From Bacillota bacterium (GTDB lineage: Bacteria > Bacillota > Clostridia > Acetivibrionales > DTU013), in NCBI GenBank assembly GCA_023439545.1, contig JAEXNT010000011.1:139659-203658 (forward strand): a DNA stretch of 64,000 bases, in the 5' to 3' direction. How positions within the stretch are numbered: position 1 is the first letter of the stretch; the number at the start of each line of letters is the position of its first letter. The notes under the pieces were generated by a model. The model made no database searches, was not told where the DNA came from, and was given only the letters and a program-made list of their open reading frames with translations. Position numbers and translations under genes: made by a program. Below are positions 29,449 through 38,837 of this stretch, piece after piece.

Positions 29449-31479
29449 CTAATAATCGTCCTCCTGGACGATGGTGTTATTGAGCTTCACAATTATATGG
29501 GTCGTTCCCTGTTTTGCTAGTGGTACCTCAATACCGAACGGAAACTGACCTTTCACAATAGACTGGTTGAATACCACCGTCAGCTGGTTTGTATCGGAAG
29601 GCGTCGCCTCGACATATACGTTGACCTCGTCTCCATAAGCCATGGTCGGATCGAGTTCTATATTCAGGAGCATCTTTTTCGCCCCGTCAGCCGGCGTACC
29701 GTTCTGGTTTCCGGAAGCATCGTCCGCCCCGTTCCCGGTCTGTCCTGCCTGTCCGGCGCCATCCTCCTCGAAGGTCAGCTCGACGGCGGTCTGCTCATCG
29801 ACCTCTGCTCCGGCCAGTGGATACTGCTTTGTTATCTTTGCCACATCGCTGACCTGGTCGGACGGCAACATGGCGCCCAGCGTAAGCTTGCTGGAAAGTA
29901 TCAGCGCTTCGGCTTCCTTTCTTGTAAGTCCAACTACTTTGGGTACTTTTACTATTTCAAGCTTCGGTCCGCTGCTCACGAAAACAGTTATGGTTTCCCC
30001 TGGTTTCACCTCTTCGAGCGCAGCAGGTTCAGTCCGGATAATAACGCCGGTCGCAACAGTTTCGCTGAATTCCTGTTCTTCGGTACAATCGAGATTCTCA
30101 TTCCGGATGAGCTGTTCTCCAACCCTTGCTTCCTTGTTCGAAACATCGGGTACCTGAACAAGCTCCGGTCCGTCGCTCACTGTAAACTTGATGGAACTGC
30201 CTGGCTTGAGCTTGTTGCCCACCGCTGTATCCTGCGAGATTATGAGGCCCTGGTCCACAGTATCACTGTGTTTTTTTTCATCCTCGACCGCAGTGATATT
30301 ATACTTACCCAGTTCATCCCTGACTTCGTTGAAATCCCTGCTCTCATAATTCTGTACTACATACACATCCGTAGTATCAGGCATAATGGCATCAAGTAAA
30401 GGCTTTATGCCTATGAAGAATAAAATTCCCGCCACGACAAGGCCTGTCGCTATGCCAAGCCATACGCTCAGTTTATCTTTTTTACTCTTTCCTGTTTTCA
30501 TTTTTTTATTTTCCCCTGAGTCGGATTCGAAGCTCTCCCCGCCTGTATCAGCATCCTCATCCTCATATTCGTCGGGCATTTCGACATCCCTGCCGATAGC
30601 CTGCATCTTCCTCGTGGGAAGCTCATAATCGTCGGCATTGCTTCCCGAAATTTTGACGTTGGGCTCGCTGAGAGTTTTCTGCAGATCGTTGAGCATATCC
30701 GTAGCACTCTGATAGCGCAGGTTCTGATCTTTTTTCATCGCCTTCAGAATAACGTCGTTAAGGCCCTTCGGTATCGCAGGGTTGATGTCTGCAGGACGTT
30801 CGGCCCTTTCCTGGATATGCTTCAAAGCAACGGCTACAGGCGTCTCGCCATCGAACGGCACCTTGCCGGTGACCATCTCGTATATCGTTACTCCAAGAGA
30901 GTACAGGTCGGACTTCTCATCCGTAAAGCCTCCCCTGGCCTGTTCAGGCGAAAAATAGTGGACGGAGCCGATCGTGCTTCCGACCATGGTTATGGTAGCG
31001 GAAGTGACTGCTCGTGCAATGCCGAAGTCTGTGACCTTTGCAATGCCTTCCTTGGTTATCAGTATATTATGTGGCTTTATATCGCGATGTACGATGTGAT
31101 TCTTATGCGCCTGTTCAAGGGCCGAACAGATCTGGACTGCGATACTGACGGCTTCCTTCCACGGAAGGGCGCCCATCTGACCGATATATTCCTTTAAGGT
31201 GATACCGTTTATATATTCCATGACGATATACTGCATGTCGTCGTGTTTTCCTACGTCATAGATCGATACGATATTTGGGTGGTTCAGGCTTGCAGCCGCC
31301 TGTGCTTCGACCCGGAAACGCTTCACGAATTCCTCGTCGTCCGTGAATTCGCCTCTCAATATCTTAACGGCCACGAAACGGTTGAGCAGCAGGTCTTTAG
31401 CCTTATATACGACCGCCATGCCGCCTCCGCCTATTCTTTCAATCAATTGATATCTATTTCCAAGTATCTTACTTTCCAT
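29449..31479 (-). CDS. prkC: Ser/Thr protein kinase with PASTA repeats
   Basis: Hanks kinase motifs (HRDIKPHN, DFGIA), a TM segment and three PASTA-like repeats. ATG 31479 preferred (GAAGGTG 5 nt upstream). Confidence 0.92.
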   Translation of the reverse strand: MESKILGNRYQLIERIGGGGMAVVYKAKDLLLNRFVAVKILRGEFTDDEEFVKRFRVEAQAAASLNHPNIVSIYDVGKHDDMQYIVMEYINGITLKEYIGQMGALPWKEAVSIAVQICSALEQAHKNHIVHRDIKPHNILITKEGIAKVTDFGIARAVTSATITMVGSTIGSVHYFSPEQARGGFTDEKSDLYSLGVTIYEMVTGKVPFDGETPVAVALKHIQERAERPADINPAIPKGLNDVILKAMKKDQNLRYQSATDMLNDLQKTLSEPNVKISGSNADDYELPTRKMQAIGRDVEMPDEYEDEDADTGGESFESDSGENKKMKTGKSKKDKLSVWLGIATGLVVAGILFFIGIKPLLDAIMPDTTDVYVVQNYESRDFNEVRDELGKYNITAVEDEKKHSDTVDQGLIISQDTAVGNKLKPGSSIKFTVSDGPELVQVPDVSNKEARVGEQLIRNENLDCTEEQEFSETVATGVIIRTEPAALEEVKPGETITVFVSSGPKLEIVKVPKVVGLTRKEAEALILSSKLTLGAMLPSDQVSDVAKITKQYPLAGAEVDEQTAVELTFEEDGAGQAGQTGNGADDASGNQNGTPADGAKKMLLNIELDPTMAYGDEVNVYVEATPSDTNQLTVVFNQSIVKGQFPFGIEVPLAKQGTTHIIVKLNNTIVQEDDY

Positions 31480-31489
31480 AAAAGCACCT

Positions 31490-32224
31490 TCACTCACATT
31501 TGATTACTATTACCGTTATGTTGTCTTCCCCGCCCTTTGCTCTGGCGGCTTCTATCAATTCGGAACATGCCTTTTCCGGCTCGCACCTGATTATCACATC
31601 ATATATTTCGGCTTCATCGAGCATATTTGTAAGGCCGTCCGAGCAAAGCAAAAAAATATCATTCTTCACGATCTCCCGTGACAGTATATCTACTTCAAGA
31701 TCGGGCGAAGAACCTATCGCACGTGTTATTATGTTCTTTCCGGGGTGATGTTCCGCTTCCTCCCGGGTAAGCGAACCGTTTTTGACGAGTTCGCCTATGT
31801 ATGAATGGTCTTCTGTAAGCTGTGTCATTTTTTCATTTCTTATAAGGTATAGCCTGCTGTCGCCAACATGGGCGGCAGCGATCGTATTTTCATTTATAAC
31901 GGCCGCGGTAAGCGTAGTTCCCATGCCGTTAACTTCAGGCCGCTCCAATGATTTTTCATAAACGGCTCGGTTCGTATCTTCAACAAGTCTTCTGAGTCTG
32001 GCTCCGCCGTCTTCCGAAGACCAAATACCGACGCCTTCGCCGGTGATGGCTTCGCTCAGATAATCCACCGCCATCCTGCTGGCAACTTCACCGCAATTAT
32101 GTCCGCCCATACCGTCGGCAACAATAAACACACAGGGGGACTGTGAGCTGCCAGGCAATATCCTGTAGCTATCCTCGTTAAGTTCTCTTACCAGTCCTCT
32201 GTCTGTTCCCGCGGCGAATTTCAA
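31490..32224 (-). CDS. stp: PP2C-family Ser/Thr phosphatase
   Basis: VADGMGGH, SDGL and GGEDNITV motifs. Confidence 0.92.
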   Translation of the reverse strand: MKFAAGTDRGLVRELNEDSYRILPGSSQSPCVFIVADGMGGHNCGEVASRMAVDYLSEAITGEGVGIWSSEDGGARLRRLVEDTNRAVYEKSLERPEVNGMGTTLTAAVINENTIAAAHVGDSRLYLIRNEKMTQLTEDHSYIGELVKNGSLTREEAEHHPGKNIITRAIGSSPDLEVDILSREIVKNDIFLLCSDGLTNMLDEAEIYDVIIRCEPEKACSELIEAARAKGGEDNITVIVIKCE

Positions 32225-32330
32225 GTTATCTACATCCTTTGTTTTTTCACATGCGCCTGGCGCGCCTGCGATTTTAATTATTGAAACATAGCGAAGTCTT
32301 GTTTAAAATAAGTGGCGTTCGATACGCCGC

Positions 32331-33377
32331 TTATTTTACTTGGGGTCCCTCGCACATTTCACTTCTTCTGAGCTGTCCGCAGGCTGCATTTATATCGGAG
32401 CCCAATTCACGGCGGATCGTCGTTTCTATGCCCCTCTTTTGAAGCAGTCCGGAAAACTCTTCGATATGCCTGCGCCCGCTCTGCCTGTACCCGGTCCCTT
32501 TTACGGTATTGACAGGTATAAGGTTAACGTGGCACAGCATGCCTCTCAGCCGCGAAGCGAGTTCGGCGGCATTTTCGGGCGAATCGTTCACGCCCTCTAT
32601 CAGGGCGTATTCGAAAGTTATCCTGCGCTTGGTTTTCTCTGTATATATCTTACATGCTTCAATTATTTTGTCAATACTGTACTTCCTGCCTATCGGCATG
32701 ATCCCGGCCCGGATTTCGTCATTCGGAGCATGCAGTGAAATGGCCAGATTCACCTGTGTATTTTCATCCGCAAACTGCAGTATCTTAGGCACGAGGCCGC
32801 ATGTGGAAACAGTCATGTGCCTCTGTCCGATATTGAGTCCTTCGGGATCGTTTGCCAGCCGCAAAAATTTAATAACATTGTCATAATTGTCGAATGGCTC
32901 GCCGATACCCATTATTACCACGTTGCTGACCTTGACGCCGCTGTCGCGCTGTATTGCCAGTATCTGTTCCAGCATTTCTCCTGCCGTAAGATCCCTGCGG
33001 AAGCCTGCGATCGTCGAAGCGCAGAAGCTGCAGCCCATCTTGCAGCCTATCTGGGACGATATGCACGCCGTATAGCCATGCACATATTCCATCAGAACGC
33101 TCTCGATGATGTTGCCGTCCTGCAGTTCGAACAGGTATTTGGCAGTTCCGTCGACAGCCGATTCAAGCTTCCTTCTGATATTTAGACCGGAAACGCCGGC
33201 ATAAAGTTTCAAATCCTCTCGAAGCTGCTTCGACAGGTCGGTCATTTCATCGAAATCCCTTGCGCCCCTGGCTATCCAGCTGAATACCTGCTTTGCCCTG
33301 AACTTCTGCTGTCCAAGGCCTTTCAGGAATTCTTCGAGCTCTTTTATATCCATGTCGGGAAGATATGTTTTTTCCAT
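32331..33377 (-). CDS. rlmN: 23S rRNA/tRNA adenine-C2 methyltransferase RlmN
   Basis: Radical [11 protein letters not shown] motif. Overall RlmN pattern and conserved gene order. Confidence 0.93.
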   Translation of the reverse strand: MEKTYLPDMDIKELEEFLKGLGQQKFRAKQVFSWIARGARDFDEMTDLSKQLREDLKLYAGVSGLNIRRKLESAVDGTAKYLFELQDGNIIESVLMEYVHGYTACISSQIGCKMGCSFCASTIAGFRRDLTAGEMLEQILAIQRDSGVKVSNVVIMGIGEPFDNYDNVIKFLRLANDPEGLNIGQRHMTVSTCGLVPKILQFADENTQVNLAISLHAPNDEIRAGIMPIGRKYSIDKIIEACKIYTEKTKRRITFEYALIEGVNDSPENAAELASRLRGMLCHVNLIPVNTVKGTGYRQSGRRHIEEFSGLLQKRGIETTIRRELGSDINAACGQLRRSEMCEGPQVK

Positions 33378-33508
33378 GATGCAATTGCCATATGCCGCAG
33401 GGGGATCATGTGAAGTAAAATTTTACAGGCCCTTTAGGAATACCTCTGAGGAAAGTGCCGCTAGGTCAGCTCTGAAGCGTCGACCCGCGCGGCAGCTTTC
33501 CGATGCTA

Positions 33509-33568
33509 TTAAAATTTTATCTGCACAAGCAATTTCACCGTGAAATTGCGAATGAACACCTGCGGCAT
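33509..33568 (-). CDS. Candidate 19-codon leader sORF (MPQVFIRNFTVKLLVQIKF)
   Basis: ATG lies 5 nt after GAGGAGAG. Sits in the 260-bp rsmB-rlmN spacer. No homology evidence. Confidence 0.25.
   Translation of the reverse strand: MPQVFIRNFTVKLLVQIKF
33529..33549. promoter_or_regulatory. Perfect 21-bp palindrome (10-bp arms)
   Basis: gcaatttcac-c-gtgaaattgc read directly. Lies within the sORF. Confidence 0.6.
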
Positions 33569-33638
33569 AGTTACTCTCCTCATTATAAAACTTGTTGTAA
33601 CATCCATAATCATATAATCAATTACCCAGCAAAGATGC

Positions 33639-34961
33639 CTACCTCTCTATTTTCCGCAGCCTGGCCACGAAGAATCCGTCAATGCCGTCGCGGTTCGGGA
33701 ACAGCTGGACCATGCAGCCTTTCGCATGCTGCGCGAGCCCTGCCGGCAGGAACGGCGCTATATCATCCCCGGCATATTCCTGATGGTTTGCCAGGAAGTC
33801 CTTCACCATGTACTCGTTTTCGTCGGGCAGTATTGTACACGTGCTGTAAACCAGCACGCCTCCGGGTTTTACAAGCATAGCTGCGTTACGGAACAGTGTC
33901 CTCTGCAGTTCTGTAATAGCGTCGACATCCTTTGTTTCACGCGCCCACTTTATATCGGGTTTTCTTCTGACGATCCCCAGTCCGGTGCACGGCGCATCGA
34001 GCAATACCCTGTCGAACGCCTCCGCGTTTTTTTCATCGGGCAGCATAGCGTCGTACAATTCCGTTTGTATGATGTTTATCCCGAGCCGTGTCGCATTATC
34101 TTCAACCAGCTTCAGTTTATGTTCGAAGACATCCCTCGCTACAATTGTCCCCGTGTTGTGCATCAGCTGTGCCAGATGCGTAGTTTTGCCGCCTGGAGCG
34201 CTGCATGCGTCAAGTACTCTCTGACCCGGTTCCGGAGCCAGCACCCTTGCAGGCAGCATCGAGCTTTCGTCCTGTGCCTGGAAAAGCCCGTTTTTAAAGG
34301 CTTCCAGCCTGGAAAGCGAAACGGTGCTTTTGATTACTACCGCTTCTTCCGCGTACTTGCCCTGCTCCGCTTCAATTCCTTCATTCTTAAGTTTTTCCAG
34401 AAGCTCCTCTGCCGATACCTTCAGAGTATTTGCCCTTACCGTTAGTTCAGGCGTACCGTTTCCGGCGTCCAGCAGAGCTTCCGCAAATTCGTTTCCGAAT
34501 AATTCAGCGTATTTTTCAACCAGCCACTTTGGATAAGAATAGCTGACGGACAAATATCCTATCAAATCGTCTTCTTTCGAAGGTATTACCCTTTCAGCCC
34601 CGTTTCTGGCTATATTGCGCAGAACAGCATTGACAAACCCGGCTGAAGCCTTATGGCCATACCTTCCCGCCAGACTTACGCTTTCGTTACAGGCTGCCGA
34701 CGGCGGGACCCTGTTCATATACAGCAGCTGATATGCTCCCATTCTCAGTATGTTCAATATCCAGGGCGAAAGCTTCTGCATTTTGATGTCTGAATAGGCC
34801 GAAATGACCCTGTCGAGCGTAAGCTTCCGTTTGACCGTGCCGTAAACCAGTTCGGTGGCGAACGCCCTGTCTATATCCCTGAGCAGTTCAGCCGAAAAAT
34901 ATTTATTCAGCGCTATATTTGAATACGCACCTTTTTCGTTTATCTCATAAAGTATCTTCAA
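33639..34961 (-). CDS. rsmB: 16S rRNA (cytosine967-C5)-methyltransferase RsmB
   Basis: NusB-like N-terminal domain plus an m5C methyltransferase core (DAPCTGLG, STCT). Confidence 0.92.
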   Translation of the reverse strand: MKILYEINEKGAYSNIALNKYFSAELLRDIDRAFATELVYGTVKRKLTLDRVISAYSDIKMQKLSPWILNILRMGAYQLLYMNRVPPSAACNESVSLAGRYGHKASAGFVNAVLRNIARNGAERVIPSKEDDLIGYLSVSYSYPKWLVEKYAELFGNEFAEALLDAGNGTPELTVRANTLKVSAEELLEKLKNEGIEAEQGKYAEEAVVIKSTVSLSRLEAFKNGLFQAQDESSMLPARVLAPEPGQRVLDACSAPGGKTTHLAQLMHNTGTIVARDVFEHKLKLVEDNATRLGINIIQTELYDAMLPDEKNAEAFDRVLLDAPCTGLGIVRRKPDIKWARETKDVDAITELQRTLFRNAAMLVKPGGVLVYSTCTILPDENEYMVKDFLANHQEYAGDDIAPFLPAGLAQHAKGCMVQLFPNRDGIDGFFVARLRKIER

Positions 34962-35763
34962 CGCAGCTTCTCTTGCCTGATCCAGTCTGATTACCTTCCT
35001 CCCGCAATATTATGCTGTCGAGCTTTTCCCTGAGAAGCTCCACATCGACCGTAGTATTGACGCAAGGCCCGTTGGGTCTTTTGTTCAACACACCTATTAC
35101 CGGTATTTTGCTCACGTCCGATATCCCTATGGCCAGGTCGCGTTCGCAGGCAACGGATAGTACGATCTCCGGCTTTTCTCCGGCTATGGCGTTCCTTGCT
35201 GCAGTTCCGCCCGTCACAACGACAGCGTGGACCCCCTTTTCCTCGGCTAGCTCACGAATCTCTCCTATTGTACATCTTCCGCATTTCCTGCAATTGGCGA
35301 TATTGCCCGTGATTTTCAGGCCGCACTCCGAATTCTGCAGGCAATGCGGGAGCAGCAGCATTATTTTGTCAGGGCTCTTTCGGATTTTACTTGATTGTAC
35401 AAAGAGGTTGTTGATATCGATAAAAAGGCTCCTAATCACGTCCTTATCCTTTTTCAACAGGTCCGTTACAAAAAGTGCGAACGGAATGACAAGCTTGAGT
35501 CCGAGCCTCACGGGTACCAGCATGAAAGGACGCACCCTCCTGCTTTTGATCGCAGTGAAGATCGCCGCCGTGGCTATTAACACAAGGAGCATGATAATAA
35601 ACGCCATAAGTATCAATACGGAAATTATCCTGTTATACAGGTCGATCGAAAAAAAGCGGTATACATATGAAAACAGAGCAGCAACTGCACCGATCACAGC
35701 CAACAGCAGAAATGAATATCCCATAAAGCTGTTCAGCCTTTTATCCAAGTACTTCACCTTCAT
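34945..35763 (-). CDS. DUF116-family membrane protein
   Basis: N-terminal TM helices and a Cys-rich CRKCGRC segment. Conserved fmt-rsmB context. Confidence 0.7.
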   Translation of the reverse strand: MKVKYLDKRLNSFMGYSFLLLAVIGAVAALFSYVYRFFSIDLYNRIISVLILMAFIIMLLVLIATAAIFTAIKSRRVRPFMLVPVRLGLKLVIPFALFVTDLLKKDKDVIRSLFIDINNLFVQSSKIRKSPDKIMLLLPHCLQNSECGLKITGNIANCRKCGRCTIGEIRELAEEKGVHAVVVTGGTAARNAIAGEKPEIVLSVACERDLAIGISDVSKIPVIGVLNKRPNGPCVNTTVDVELLREKLDSIILREEGNQTGSGKRSCVEDTL

Positions 35764-36679
35764 CCATATTGTGTCCGCATTCGGAAGCGTTCATTCTTCT
35801 GCAGTTGTCAAACTGAAGCTCAGTAATTTGGAGGCAGCCGTCGCCTGTCTCAACTATCAGGCTATCCTTTTGTACTTTCAATAAAGCGCCCGGCTTTCCG
35901 GTCTTTAATGCAGAGCAGCCCTCGAGTACCGTCGTCTTCCAGAGCTTCATCCTGGAGCCCTTGTAATATGTAAACGCGCCGGGCCACGGGTTCGTTCCCC
36001 TCACAAGGTTGTGTATCTCGATGGCTTTCCTGTTCCAGTCGACAAGCCCGAGCTCTTTTGTCATCATGGGTACGTTTACAGCCTTGGAATGATCCTGGGG
36101 AGTTCTCATAAGCGTACCGTTTTCAAGGGCTTTCAGCGTATCGAGCAGTACTTCGGCGCCAAGGGGCATCAATTCGTCAAAAAGCTCCCCGCTCGTCATA
36201 TCCGTCGGGATCGGCACTTCCCGTGTAAGCAGAATATCGCCGGTATCCATGCCTTCATCCATGAACATGGTCGTGATCCCGGTTTTATCATCGCCGTTGA
36301 TGACGGCCCATTGAATCGGAGCAGCTCCCCTGTACTTGGGCAGCAGCGAGGCATGCACATTTATGCAGCCGAGTTTCGGCACATCGAGCACATTCCTGGT
36401 CAATATCCTGCCATAGGCCGCGGTAACGATCAGGTCAGGCTCAAGAGCGCGTACGGCTTCAAGGAATTCCGGCGTACGAACCTTTACCGGCTGCAAAACT
36501 GTCGCTATGCCGAGCTTTATTGCCGCTTCCTTGACCAGAGGCGCTTTAAGCTCGCTCTGTTTTCTGCCGAAAGGCTTATCGGGCTGCGTCACCACTCCGA
36601 CGACTTCATATTTGTTATGAACAAGGGCTTCCAGACATGGTACGGCAAAATCCGGAGTGCCCATAAATACGACTCTCAT
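35741..36679 (-). CDS. fmt: Methionyl-tRNA formyltransferase
   Basis: MRVVFMGTPDFAVP...HASLLPKYRGAAPI. Confidence 0.95.
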   Translation of the reverse strand: MRVVFMGTPDFAVPCLEALVHNKYEVVGVVTQPDKPFGRKQSELKAPLVKEAAIKLGIATVLQPVKVRTPEFLEAVRALEPDLIVTAAYGRILTRNVLDVPKLGCINVHASLLPKYRGAAPIQWAVINGDDKTGITTMFMDEGMDTGDILLTREVPIPTDMTSGELFDELMPLGAEVLLDTLKALENGTLMRTPQDHSKAVNVPMMTKELGLVDWNRKAIEIHNLVRGTNPWPGAFTYYKGSRMKLWKTTVLEGCSALKTGKPGALLKVQKDSLIVETGDGCLQITELQFDNCRRMNASECGHNMDEGEVLG

Positions 36680-36684
36680 ATTTC

Positions 36685-37158
36685 CTACTCCGATTTCTTC
36701 AATTCATCCTTGTCCAGATAACGGATAACCTTATCCCGGAAGAGTATTCCGTCAAGGTGATCGATCTCATGGCTCAAAGCCTGTGCCAGAAGGCCTTCGC
36801 CCTCGACCCGGAACTTCTCGCCCTTGCCGTTGAGAGCTTCAACAGCCACAAAAGACGGTCGGTTGACCTCTCCCCAGACTCCTGGTACGCTGAGGCAGCC
36901 TTCCGGAACGAGCTGCTGTCCGGACTGGCTCACTATTACAGGATTCACGAGCTCAATAAGTCCGTCGCCCGCATCGATAACGACGATTCTCTTCAGAACG
37001 CCGACCTGCGGCGCTGCGAGCCCGACTCCATCGGCCTTATATAAAGTGTCCGCCATATCCTTGAGTAATACCCTTATCTTGTCCGTTACCGAGTCGACTT
37101 CCCTGCACTTCTTCCGCAGTATCTCATCGCCTTCTTTTCTGATATTCCTTATTGCCAT
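36685..37158 (-). CDS. def: Peptide deformylase
   Basis: [13 protein letters not shown] and HEIDH motifs. Confidence 0.96.
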   Translation of the reverse strand: MAIRNIRKEGDEILRKKCREVDSVTDKIRVLLKDMADTLYKADGVGLAAPQVGVLKRIVVIDAGDGLIELVNPVIVSQSGQQLVPEGCLSVPGVWGEVNRPSFVAVEALNGKGEKFRVEGEGLLAQALSHEIDHLDGILFRDKVIRYLDKDELKKSE

Positions 37159-37324
37159 ATATTACTCTCCCTAATTAATTTGCATATAACAAAACTTTCC
37201 CATTTGAACTGAAATATACAATGATAGCGATGTTTCAGTGTCATCACATATTATATCAAATTGGTATGCTTTGCTGCAACCAAGGCAGAAATTATATATT
37301 ATTCTCTAAATGTGGGGTGCACTG

Positions 37325-37377
37325 TTGACATCCAACTCTGCCCATGTTATTATTGTTATATGTTACATGTAACATAT
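37325..37377 (+). promoter_or_regulatory. padR promoter with overlapping palindromic operator
   Basis: TTGACA, 17 nt spacer, TATTAT (TG-extended). This is followed by the perfect 20-bp palindrome atatgttacatgtaacatat, which contains ATGT-N8-ACAT. Confidence 0.65.
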
Positions 37378-37416
37378 GTTATGAATAATAATCCAGAAGG
37401 AAAAGAGAGTGGTACC

Positions 37417-37959
37417 ATGACAATAAACTATGCAATATTGGGACTTTTGAGCTGGAAATCCTGCACGGGGTACGAATTGAAAAAGATATTCGAGGAGTCG
37501 GCCTTCATGTATTGGTCCGGCAACAACAACCAAATATACAAATCCCTCGTCCAGCTGCTGGATGACGGGCTCGTTACGAATGAAGTCCTGCACAGCGAGA
37601 GCTCGCCCTCCAAAAAGCTCTATACAATAACGGAAGCAGGACGGTGGTATCTGAGGAACTGGATCGTTTCCTCCCCGGAATCCCCCGAATTCAAGAAAAC
37701 GTTCCTGATTCAGCTAGCCTGGTCTGACCGGCTCGACTCCGCCGAACTCGATGATCTGCTGTCCAAATACGAAAACGAAGTAAAAATACAACTAGTGATG
37801 ATACGCGAAAAACAGAAGCGCGGACAATATTCACCAGGACGCAGCAACCGTGAGACATTTATCTGGGATATGATCTATGAAAATCTTATTTCGTCATGCC
37901 GGAATGAACTGGACTGGCTCGGCCGCGTACGCGAGGGACTTGGCGAAATGAACGCTTAA
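37417..37959 (+). CDS. PadR-family transcriptional regulator
   Basis: MTINYAILGLLSWKSCTGYELKK winged-helix N-terminus. Start chosen downstream of the operator. Confidence 0.85.
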   Translation: MTINYAILGLLSWKSCTGYELKKIFEESAFMYWSGNNNQIYKSLVQLLDDGLVTNEVLHSESSPSKKLYTITEAGRWYLRNWIVSSPESPEFKKTFLIQLAWSDRLDSAELDDLLSKYENEVKIQLVMIREKQKRGQYSPGRSNRETFIWDMIYENLISSCRNELDWLGRVREGLGEMNA

Positions 37960-37982
37960 AGTAATAAAAAGGGGTGTTGAAA

Positions 37983-38837
37983 ATGGCACAAAAAGTAAAA
38001 AAATCGGTATTCAAATCTGAAGAAGGTAAAACTGCGATACTTTCTTTCTACGACAATCTGCTTGAAGGCTGGCCGATGGCCGTTAAAAAGCATATTGTCA
38101 ACTCACGCCACGGGGATATTTTTGTTATCGAGTGCGGAGACGCTGATAAACCGGCGCTTATACTGCTCCATGGTTCGGGCTCCAATTCTGCGGTATGGGC
38201 GGGCGAAATAATGGAATACACCGAACACTTCAGGGTATTTGCGGCGGATCTGCCGGGTGAGCCCGGGCATAGCTGCGAATACCGTCCCGACCTGTTTTCG
38301 GAGGCTTATGCAGAGTTTATGGCGGATGTTATGAACGAACTTGAAATAAAGCAGGCCGCTTTTATAGGAAATTCGCTTGGAGCCTGGTCTGCTCTTAAAT
38401 TTGCAGTGGCCTTCCCGGAAAAAGTGAAAGGGCTGATACTCATATCCACAGCCGGAATCGGACCCCAGAGGATATCCTTCATACTGCATGCGATACTTTC
38501 CCTGCTATTTGGCAGACCTGTCACCGAAAAGAGTCTCGCAGACCTGTCTGCAGGGAGTAAGGTACATCCGGTCGTCGTAGAGTATCTTGCTATGATTTTT
38601 AAGAACTATTCCCCATACTCGGGAAAAATACCAATACTCAGCGACGATGATCTGAAGAAGCTGAAAATGCCCGTTATGCTGACGGTCGGTGAAGAAGACA
38701 TAATGCTCGATCAGAGAAAAACCGCGCGGCGTCTTGCGGCTCTGCTTCCCAATGCAAAGATAAACCTGCTTCCCGGAGCGGGACATTTCATTCTGGAGCA
38801 GCAGAAAAGAAACATCGAATTTCTTACATCATGCTAA
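37983..38837 (+). CDS. Alpha/beta-fold hydrolase
   Basis: HGSGSNS oxyanion region and GNSLGA nucleophile elbow. Confidence 0.85.
   Translation: MAQKVKKSVFKSEEGKTAILSFYDNLLEGWPMAVKKHIVNSRHGDIFVIECGDADKPALILLHGSGSNSAVWAGEIMEYTEHFRVFAADLPGEPGHSCEYRPDLFSEAYAEFMADVMNELEIKQAAFIGNSLGAWSALKFAVAFPEKVKGLILISTAGIGPQRISFILHAILSLLFGRPVTEKSLADLSAGSKVHPVVVEYLAMIFKNYSPYSGKIPILSDDDLKKLKMPVMLTVGEEDIMLDQRKTARRLAALLPNAKINLLPGAGHFILEQQKRNIEFLTSC

Noticed and set aside
38824-38837. A 14-bp convergent overlap of the priA and alpha/beta-hydrolase 3' ends as a regulatory feature.
   Set aside because: Short convergent overlaps are common and there is no associated structure, so this is not pursued.
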